7,220 bases of DNA from Geosiphon pyriformis uo1. Taxonomy: Eukaryota > Fungi > Glomeromycota. Both the position numbers and the translations under genes were made by a program. This document shows positions 1 to 7,220 of this stretch, piece after piece. The number at the start of each line of letters is the position of its first letter. The first letter of the stretch is position 1. The DNA lies in assembly GCA_016748015.1 (NCBI GenBank), contig JAAOMT010000180.1, positions 1-7,220 on the forward strand. The letters are read 5' to 3'. The notes below the pieces were generated by a model. It was not told the DNA's origin. It did not search any database and worked only from the letters and a program-made list of their open reading frames with translations.

Positions 1-312
1 GATTTTCTTCGTGAAGCTCTTGAACAGAAAGCAGTTCAGGCTGATATATTGTTTGGCGAACTGTTTAATCTTCGAGCTAAGTATGATCAACAATGTTGTG
101 AGATTGCTGTATTACATTTGGATTGTCTCGAATTACGCGAGAAATTACTCTAGCAGCAGAAGTTATCAAGAGGTTTCATGTTATTCTTATGGGTGTTGAG
201 CAAATTTTTTTTAAAGGATAAATCTCTGGTAAAACAAATTAAGAAGTCGGATTCTAATTTGCTTATCCAAAAACCGGCTATTCTCGAAAGTGCTTTGGTA
301 AGGAAGTTCTAA
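1..312 (+). pseudogene. Partial coding-like remnant with a predicted coiled coil, family not recognised; in-frame TAG at 151-153
   Basis: Frame +1 from base 1 reads DFLREALEQKAVQADILFGELFNLRAKYDQQCCEIAVLHLDCLELREKLL*, a helical/heptad-like pattern, then stays open (QQKLSRG...ILESALVRKF) to TAA at 310-312. It could equally be a true 3' end stopping at 153. Confidence 0.35.
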
Positions 313-388
313 TTTTTATGTGGAAAAGTGGCTTATGGGTTCATACTAAGACTTATTTATAAACTTACAAACATTTTGTTGATTCTCA

Positions 389-484
389 ATTCAAATCTCG
401 GCGTTGATAAAAAGGTGGATTTAAATTTCAATTAAAATTATCGATTTTTTTCTAAATTCATAATATTTTAATTCATGCGTTGCA
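389..484 (+). repeat. Left arm of a perfect inverted repeat (at least 96 bp), partner of 7125-7220
   Basis: ATTCAAATCTCGGCGTTGATAAAAAGGTGG...TAATTCATGCGTTGCA is the exact reverse complement of 7125-7220, including homopolymer lengths. Identity ends sharply at 484/7125. The outer limit is unknown because the partner arm reaches the window end. Confidence 0.97.
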
Positions 485-651
485 TGAGGTGCTGCTATAT
501 ATACACTGTAACCGAAATTGCCACCGATGTGAAATGAGAATTCTCAAAACAGTAAAGTTATTTTGATCATTTATTTTATCAAATTTTAACAATTGAGAAA
601 GATATAAGGTGAATAAAAAAATCAAAATATTTCATCGCTTCAATAATTAAC

Positions 652-951
652 TCAAAATTTAAAACCAGCACATTGAGAAGTGGAATTCAATAGTTTACAC
701 TCCGTTGATACAGTAGCTTGGATAAATTCGGCATCATTTTTTATTGTCTTATCCTTTAAATAACTCATTATTCCATCAATCAATACCAATTACATTTCCA
801 AATAATAAAATTCACCTGGACTTAATTTTCTCAAGCTTAAGCCTGTCCTAAATTATTTTGTTTTAAATTTTGAATTCAATTCTGATTCCTTTCTTTCATA
901 TAATTTCAAAGTGAAACAGCTTATAAGAAGTGTATTTTTTAATAAGAAAGA
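652..951 (-). pseudogene. Possible degenerate coding fragment, unidentified
   Basis: One minus frame of about 100 codons has only two internal TAA stops (855-853, 792-790): LKLYERKESELNSKFKTK*FRTGLSLRKLSPGEFYYLEM*LVLIDGIMSYLKDKTIKNDAEFIQATVSTECKLLNSTSQCAGFKF. No domain recognised. Confidence 0.25.
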
Positions 952-1021
952 CTATTACTAGAGTATGGTTATAAATTTTAATACTGATAATGCTTTGTGT
1001 ATGTCAAAAATTAAAAAAACT

Positions 1022-1999
1022 TTATTGAATTTTGTTTTTCATAAGTTTTTTATAACAATAACAACATTGTTGAGGACTTTTAGAGCCGATTGCTTTAGAA
1101 ATTTGTATCCATTTATTTCGGCCAGGTTTAAGCAAGGCTTTCAGTTTATAAATTTCTTCATCACTCCAAATGCGTTTCTTCACATTTTCACTTGGGCAAC
1201 CTAAACAAAGAAAATCTTAGAACAAGTATATCAAATTTTTAGTACAATTATTTTACCTGATAAATGTGCATAGTAAAACAGATAGCAATTTTTGGGGGTT
1301 CTAGTCACAAGAGCATTTGAAATATTCTGCCAAATTTAAGATATGCTTTGCGCAAAGCTTCCTTCTCTTGATCACTCCAGGATATCCGTGGCAGTTTGAT
1401 ACCCTTCTGTGTCGCAAGATTTCTAATGTTGTCCCCGGATCGATGATTTTTCCTCTTATCATTCGTTTCATTTTCTCTTTTGACAATATTTTGTCTTTTA
1501 TTTCCAGTAGATTCAGGATATAAAAATGCTAAACTTCGTGAATGTTCCGAAATACTTTTGGGACTTCGGTAGAGGACCTTTGAAAAATTTACCCAATTCG
1601 GACTTTCTTTTTTTAACAATTCTCGAAGAGCCAAATCCTCTTCCTTACTCCATTTGCCATGTTTTTTGCCATATGCAATTTTTTTCCATCGAGCAGCCAC
1701 ACCTTTTGGGCTCCTTGTTAAAAGAAGATTTGAAATTTTTTTCCAATCGCAAGTCCCAAGTTCTTTGATGCTTAGTCGTAATATTTCATCTTCTATTATA
1801 GTCCATTGCCTTTGCCCTATTTGTTTTCCTCTCAATGGATTTGAAAGGAGTTTTTCTTTGGGAATATAGTTCAATACACCCATCTCAATAGCAATGAAAA
1901 GGGTATCAATTTCTTCTTTAGTTAAAAGTGAGGTTCGTTCAAGTCTATTTTTTTCTTTATTTTGTTCCTCGCTATCATTTAAATTTTTAGAGATCTCTT
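1022..1999 (-). pseudogene. Multi-repeat Myb/SANT DNA-binding protein gene (at least 4 repeats), frameshifted in repeat 3; 5' end lies in or near the N gap
   Basis: The frame is open from 1997, 38 codons upstream of the ORF-track ATG at 1883. R1: WTIIEDEILRLSIKELGTCDWKKISNLLLTRSPKGVAARWKKI. R2: WSKEEDLALRELLKKESPNWVNFSKVLYRSPKSISEHSRSL. R3: WSDQEKEALRKAYLKFGR / frameshift near 1324 / ISNALVTRTPKNCYLFYYAHL. After intron 1256-1201, R4: WSDEEIYKLKALLKPGRNKWIQISKAIGSKSPQQCCYCYKKL. Stop TAA at 1024-1022. Confidence 0.88.
1201..1256 (-). other. Spliceosomal intron, 56 nt, phase 1, in the Myb/SANT gene
   Basis: The minus strand reads CAG|GTAAAA...TTCTAAG (branch-like)...TTTTCTTTGTTTAG|GT. Removing it joins AHLS-G-CPSENVKKRIW in frame with Myb repeat 4. 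Confidence 0.85.
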
Positions 2000-2063
2000 C
2001 TAGTTAATAGGATTCAAAAGGTGAAAAATTTTACTCAAACCTAAGCAAGATATTATATATCAC
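2000..2063 (-). other. Probable upstream intron of the Myb/SANT gene (acceptor at 2000; donor uncertain)
   Basis: An acceptor TATTAACTAG| directly precedes the open frame. Candidate donors are AAG|GTGATA at 2063 and TAG|GTTTGA at 2040; the 2040 donor puts a TGA in frame upstream. Confidence 0.4.
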
Positions 2064-2066
2064 CTT

Positions 2067-3033
2067 NNNNNNNNNNNNNNNNNNNNNNNNNNNNNNNNNN
2101 NNNNNNNNNNNNNNNNNNNNNNNNNNNNNNNNNNNNNNNNNNNNNNNNNNNNNNNNNNNNNNNNNNNNNNNNNNNNNNNNNNNNNNNNNNNNNNNNNNNN
2201 NNNNNNNNNNNNNNNNNNNNNNNNNNNNNNNNNNNNNNNNNNNNNNNNNNNNNNNNNNNNNNNNNNNNNNNNNNNNNNNNNNNNNNNNNNNNNNNNNNNN
2301 NNNNNNNNNNNNNNNNNNNNNNNNNNNNNNNNNNNNNNNNNNNNNNNNNNNNNNNNNNNNNNNNNNNNNNNNNNNNNNNNNNNNNNNNNNNNNNNNNNNN
2401 NNNNNNNNNNNNNNNNNNNNNNNNNNNNNNNNNNNNNNNNNNNNNNNNNNNNNNNNNNNNNNNNNNNNNNNNNNNNNNNNNNNNNNNNNNNNNNNNNNNN
2501 NNNNNNNNNNNNNNNNNNNNNNNNNNNNNNNNNNNNNNNNNNNNNNNNNNNNNNNNNNNNNNNNNNNNNNNNNNNNNNNNNNNNNNNNNNNNNNNNNNNN
2601 NNNNNNNNNNNNNNNNNNNNNNNNNNNNNNNNNNNNNNNNNNNNNNNNNNNNNNNNNNNNNNNNNNNNNNNNNNNNNNNNNNNNNNNNNNNNNNNNNNNN
2701 NNNNNNNNNNNNNNNNNNNNNNNNNNNNNNNNNNNNNNNNNNNNNNNNNNNNNNNNNNNNNNNNNNNNNNNNNNNNNNNNNNNNNNNNNNNNNNNNNNNN
2801 NNNNNNNNNNNNNNNNNNNNNNNNNNNNNNNNNNNNNNNNNNNNNNNNNNNNNNNNNNNNNNNNNNNNNNNNNNNNNNNNNNNNNNNNNNNNNNNNNNNN
2901 NNNNNNNNNNNNNNNNNNNNNNNNNNNNNNNNNNNNNNNNNNNNNNNNNNNNNNNNNNNNNNNNNNNNNNNNNNNNNNNNNNNNNNNNNNNNNNNNNNNN
3001 NNNNNNNNNNNNNNNNNNNNNNNNNNNNNNNNN
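2067..3033. other. Assembly (scaffold) gap of 967 N
   Basis: Run of N. Confidence 1.
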
Positions 3034-3091
3034 CAGAATATAGGCTTTAGAACATTGCTTTTTTAATAGACTAAAAGTTTGATTCTTTTGA

Positions 3092-4064
3092 ATTACTAAA
3101 GAATCAGAGTCAAATGAGCTTGATTTCTTCGGTGATCCCGATATTGACACCCAGATAGCTATTGAGAATGGTGAAATTCGAAGGCTTGAAACCTAGGCTA
3201 TAAACCTGAATAGCCTCACATCCGATTTAAAAACGAAAAGAATTCAGTTGGAAAATAATCTGGCATCATTAAAAATCCAAAAAAAAGATATAACATTGCA
3301 CATCACACAATTATGGGATCTATATGCTAAGATCAAGGTAATGCAAAAGATCGAGGTTAACTATAGAAAAGAGCGCGAAGAAGTTGAAAAGTTAAGAGCT
3401 TAGTTTTCCCTGGTTGAAATTCCTTGGCAAGTCTATAACTAGAAAAAGAACAGTTAAATTCTGGAATTTTGAAGAACCTTAAAGAAATGCAGGCTCCAAT
3501 GAAAACGAGGCAATTTAATGAAGAAGAAATAGTTGCCATCGAGGCAAGATTGAGAAATTGAAAAATGATTTCAGACATCAGAAAGGCTTATTGGCAATTA
3601 ATAAAAAGCAACTAGCAAGTCTTTTACCAAAAATTTCCACCAATATTCCGACTGCAACTATACCCCCAACATCTAAATCCTCAAAGCCTAATTTAGATGT
3701 AGCTTTTAAGGCCAGTTTTTCACCACTAGCTTCCAATAAAACCGAAACCACTGATTCATTTGGATTTGACGATACCTTTTCTAAATTTTATAAGCCACCA
3801 AAAAGAAATAAAACACCATTAATAACTATCATCATTTAGAACAGTACTAAAATTACCTCCTAGGGATTTAGGAGTGACATCCAGTAAAATAGGCGAGGAT
3901 AGTGATAGTAAAGGGCGTAGAAATCAATGGGATTTACCCGAGAGCAGTCAGTGGATGCACTCGAGCGTTACTATTACGATTTGGAAAAGACATCTGACTT
4001 TTTGATTGATCAGGAATTTTTTTACATAACTAACTATTTGGACTACTCAAGACTTTTACAATAA
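3092..4064 (+). pseudogene. EDE1: Ede1/Eps15-like endocytic scaffold pseudogene (coiled coil, FDDxF-type region, C-terminal UBA); EH domains not visible
   Basis: ELDFFGDPDIDTQIAIENGEIRRLET*AINLNSLTSDLKTKRIQLENNLASLKIQKKDI...EREEVEKLRA* with TAG at 3194-3196 and 3401-3403. Frameshift near 3419, then SLASL*LEKEQLNSGILKNLKEMQ with TAA at 3436-3438. Frameshift near 3540, then KIEKLKNDFRHQKGLLAINKKQLAS, which matches the RQQKGLVAINKKQL motif I recall from fungal Ede1 orthologues. Then DSFGFDDTF and a terminal UBA. The domain order fits Ede1. Confidence 0.85.
3921..4013 (+). other. UBA domain-coding segment of the Ede1-like pseudogene (missed by the ORF track)
   Basis: KSMGFTREQSVDALERYYYDLEKTSDFLIDQ shows the canonical UBA MGF loop and the AL...DLE...FL pattern. 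ATG is at 3927 and the frame stays open to TAA at 4062-4064. Confidence 0.88.
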
Positions 4065-5640
4065 TGCATTTTCATATATTGCTTATATATTTATTTAATC
4101 TTTTAATATAAAAACTTATGTTATTAGTTTTTCAACCTTATTAATGTAAAGTTATAAACAAAAAACAAACCAGGCTTTTTGTTTTTTGATTTAATTGTAA
4201 AAATGTCAATTTTGTTTTTTAATTAAAATATATATAAATAACTAATTTTTATTTTTAAGTTATTGTAATATCTAAATTGTTTTATAATAATTATAAACTA
4301 ATTTATTAATAAATTTATGTTTTTATTGCTGTGTTTTTTAGTATTTAAACTTTATTATTATTAAAATCATTTATTATGTCTCAACAAAGTATAATTCTTT
4401 TATTGTTTATTTTAATTTACCAAATTATTATAACTATAAATGTAAATTATTATAACTATAAATGTAAATTATATAGATTTAATATATAATTAGTTATTTA
4501 GACTTATATTAAAATAATGTTATATTAATTAAAAAACAAAAACACATATTTTACAAATATATAACTTAAATTTTTGCTATAAGAAATTAATTTACATATA
4601 TATTTTGTAATTTTGTTAAATATTAAACTTAATATTAAGATTTTATAATTAATTAAAATTTAATATATAAAACAATATTGTGATATATTAATTTCATCTA
4701 ATTTTAACAAATATGCTATTACTATTATTGTTTAAAATAAAAAAAAACTATTATTTATAGCCAAAAAAATTTGAATACTATAATTAGTATTAATAATACT
4801 TTTAATTTAAATCTGTTTTTTTTTCTAAAAAATAAAATATTGGGTTTTTTTAATATTTTTATTAATTTTATTATAACTGTACTAATTATGATTTTAATTA
4901 TAATTTAGTTGTAAAAAATGGTTTTTTTTGTTTTTAATAATAATAATAGCAATATATTTATTAAAACTAATTTAGATTAACATATAGCTAAATTATTTAA
5001 TACAGTAAATTTTAATTAATTTTTACCAATTTTAAAAACAAAAACAATTATATTTTTATGTACAATTTTGATTTGTTAATTTATTAAATTATTTAATTAA
5101 AAATATTAGACTTAAATTTTATAATAGATTTAATATCAAAAATATTAAGAAGTGGTAATTATGCCAGCTTTCAGATTTTTTAATAACAAGTTTTAAAAAT
5201 TTTAACGCTTTTAAAAAACAATAAAAATTTGAAAATTTTTAAATCAATAAAAATAAGTGTTTACCAAAATAAATTATTCAAAAATTTTGATATAAACTTT
5301 GTATTATAACTTATTTTAATGTTTTAAATAAGAATATTTATGTTAAATATATAAAATATTATTATTAATATTAATTAAGATTAAGATTATAAAAATTGTA
5401 TTTGGATATATACTAATAAATAAAAAATATTAATTAATTACAATTTTACAATTAGATTCTGTCAATTAAAGTTAATTTGAAAGTTTTGTTAATTTAAAGA
5501 GTTTTAGCTTGAAGTTTTTGTATAAAAAACAGAGAATTAATAATTTAGTTTTTTTGTGCATTTTAACAAATTTATTTTGATGTTTTTTACTTTTTTTTAA
5601 TAAGCTATTTAACTTTAAAAAATTAATTTTAAAATATATT
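4065..5640. other. Extremely AT-rich, low-complexity non-coding block
   Basis: Sampled 60-nt lines have 4-5 G+C (lines starting at 4261 and 4621), against about a third in the Myb exon. There are no ORFs of 60 aa or more and CpG is nearly absent. Boundaries are approximate. Confidence 0.9.
4422..4472. repeat. Perfect tandem duplication, 22-bp unit x2.3
   Basis: AAATTATTATAACTATAAATGT at 4422-4443 and 4444-4465, plus a partial AAATTAT at 4466-4472. Confidence 0.92.
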
Positions 5641-5649
5641 GTATGCAAA

Positions 5650-7120
5650 ATTGTTAAACTATTTATTACCAGTACATGGTATCAATGACTGGAGCCCAGA
5701 TTTTATTTTGCAGATCAGTATTTATTGGTAAGTGGAAATTATATTTAGTTAGGATGTTGATTTTTATAATACTGATTGCTTTATATATTTTTTACTTGGT
5801 CTGAATTTTGGGGTATTTATTATAATAATAAATGTTAATCCTTTCATTAAGAACCTCAATAATGCAATGGTATGAAATTTGTAACTGAAGATGATGATCT
5901 TTAAGTTTTTTGTCAACTCTACATTAATTCAAAAAATAAATTAATATATCATTTTGAATTAATTTTAAGTATTAATTTTAAAATTGTTCTACTTATCATA
6001 TCTCATATTCTTGTGATCAAATTTACAATATGATAATCCACAGAAAGAAAATTATATTAATAAAAATTAATTCCTTGTTTGACTCTTGAAATTCAGAGTT
6101 TTCATTTCAGATCAATATTAAAATATTCTTTGAAATTATCGCTAGTTGGAAACATAAATTTGAACTTTCAAAGGCAAAAATAATTATAAATGTAAAAAAT
6201 TCCATGGTTTTCTGTTTTCGGAATAAAGAAATTTATAAATCCATATGATTAATTGGTGCGTATATTTGTTTGACAGATTATTATTAGGTATTATCAATGA
6301 GAATATCATACAATAAGCCTAATTTATTTTGTTTATTCTCGGAGAAGTTTAATCTTTTTTAAAGTTGATTTAATGGAATCTTTTTAAATATAATAATTTT
6401 TTGGAATTGAAAGATGTTTTTGAATCATCAATGGCATTTGTTTTAATTGAAAGAGGCTGAATTTGAAGGCCAAAAGGCAGAAATATGAATATAAAAAATT
6501 TTGAAAGAAATAATGACATGAAAACTCTTTTTTATTGGTTAAAAATATGCTTTTAGCCGCCGTAGGAAAAATTGATTCCAGTTTCATTAGTTCATTCAGT
6601 AAAATTAATAATATTTGAACTAGAAACTTGGTCAACCTAGTTTTCTTTATTCATCATCGCCATAATTCAATTGAGCCTCAGGACTGGAACAATGTGCGAC
6701 ATACGTCTTCTCACTCTCATCAGCACTAGTTGAGCTCGAGGATGGCTTTTCACTTTTGGCTACATCATATGAGTTATCATTAGTTTCAACTAGTTTATTT
6801 TTTGTGACAAAAATTTGGTGGTAATACAGGTATATGGCTGTTGCTAATAGCAGCATTTCCTCGAAGAACTTTTACCATTGGACGATTCGATGATACACCT
6901 GAGGAGATTATGGTTGGTTTTGAGCCGTTGATACTGTGTATATTAGAAGTGCTTGAAGGAAATTTTCGAAAATAATCGTGTGCTTCAGGTCTTGGCGAGA
7001 GTTTTATTTTAAAAATATGGATTAAAAAATTAAATTTGGGAGGTTTGATGAGGCATGGGCGAATTATACGACTATTTGGTGACTTTTAGATGAGATTTTC
7101 ATATTGATTTGAGGTGAAAA
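5650..7120 (-). pseudogene. Degenerate gene relic encoding a Ser/Asn/Pro-rich, probably disordered protein; family not recognised
   Basis: A 96-codon stop-free frame runs 7085-6798 (KSPNSRIIRP...FPSSTSNIHSINGSKPTIISSGVSSNRPMVKVLRGNAAISNSHIPVLPPNF). It appears to shift at the A5 run (6809-6813) into VTKNKLVETNDNSYDVAKSEKPSSSSTSADESEK, followed by progressively more stop-ridden protein-like patches (e.g. RVDKKLKDHHLQLQISYHCIIEVLNERIN near 5920-5835). The left boundary is uncertain. Confidence 0.5.
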
Positions 7121-7124
7121 TCCC

Positions 7125-7220
7125 TGCAACGCATGAATTAAAATATTATGAATTTAGAAAAAAATCGATAATTTTAATTGAAATTTAAATCCACCTTTTT
7201 ATCAACGCCGAGATTTGAAT
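7125..7220 (-). repeat. Right arm of the perfect inverted repeat, truncated by the window end; partner of 389-484
   Basis: TGCAACGCATGAATTAAAATATTATG...ATCAACGCCGAGATTTGAAT is the reverse complement of 389-484 at 96/96 positions. Confidence 0.97.

Noticed and set aside
151-375. Minus-strand spliced gene ATG TTT|GTAAGT...TTAG|AAC TTC
   Set aside because: It yields only a 54-aa peptide with no recognisable features, antisense to the more protein-like plus frame.
965-1869. Plus-strand ORFs 965-1204, 1317-1523, 1526-1768, 1654-1869 and minus-strand ORF 1301-1486
   Set aside because: They are antisense or off-frame shadows of the Myb/SANT gene with no domain signal.
1022-1999. Myb gene as the PIF/Harbinger Myb/SANT-like accessory ORF
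   Set aside because: Harbinger ORFs carry a single MADF/trihelix-like domain, not four canonical repeats. No DDE transposase or short Harbinger-type TIR is visible.
2053-3150. 365-aa minus-strand ORF in the ORF track
   Set aside because: It is an artefact of translating through 967 Ns, and the real bases are partly antisense to the Ede1 relic.
3092-3450. Alternative genetic code with TAA/TAG = Gln, as in ciliates or Amoeboaphelidium protococcarum
   Set aside because: The same relic also has frameshifts, and the roughly 300-codon Myb gene uses normal Gln codons with no internal TAR. Pseudogenisation is the simpler explanation.
3357-3578. 73-aa minus-strand ORF
   Set aside because: It is an antisense shadow of the Ede1 coiled coil.
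6384-6856. ORFs 6647-6856 (apparent signal peptide MLLLATAIYLYY) and 6384-6635 as small secreted or membrane proteins
   Set aside because: The hydrophobic N-terminus overlaps a longer open frame (7085-6798) and is better explained as out-of-frame sequence upstream of a frameshift. The hydrophobicity of the second ORF reflects T-rich composition.
485-7116. TGAGGTG direct repeat at 485-491 and 7110-7116 as a target-site duplication
   Set aside because: It lies inside the arms and is offset by 8 bp from the right junction, so the geometry does not fit a TSD. It is probably chance.
1-7220. Prokaryotic systems (CRISPR array, IS element, operon), tRNA or rRNA genes
   Set aside because: There is no repeat-spacer array or structural RNA motif, and spliceosomal introns with Ede1 and Myb homology show the DNA is eukaryotic nuclear.

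Overview
AT-rich eukaryotic, almost certainly fungal, genomic DNA with short GT-AG introns and a 967-nt N gap (2067-3033). I found no intact gene; the window is a cluster of decaying host-gene relics. It contains (i) a minus-strand gene with four Myb/SANT repeats (1022-1999), broken by a frameshifting deletion in repeat 3; (ii) a plus-strand Ede1/Eps15-like pseudogene (about 3092-4064) with coiled coil, the RxQKGLxAINKKQL motif and a C-terminal UBA domain, carrying stops, frameshifts and probably a large internal deletion; (iii) an unidentified Ser/Asn-rich minus-strand relic (about 5650-7120); and (iv) weaker coding-like remnants at 1-312 and 652-951. A core of about 1.6 kb at roughly 10% GC (sampled by eye) lies at about 4065-5640. 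A perfect inverted repeat of at least 96 bp (389-484 and 7125-7220, running off the right edge) brackets almost everything. This mismatch-free repeat around old, decayed cargo is the most notable structure. It could mark a gene-capturing TIR element, two inverted mobile-element ends, an invertible or centromere-like domain, or an assembly artefact; the window alone cannot decide.
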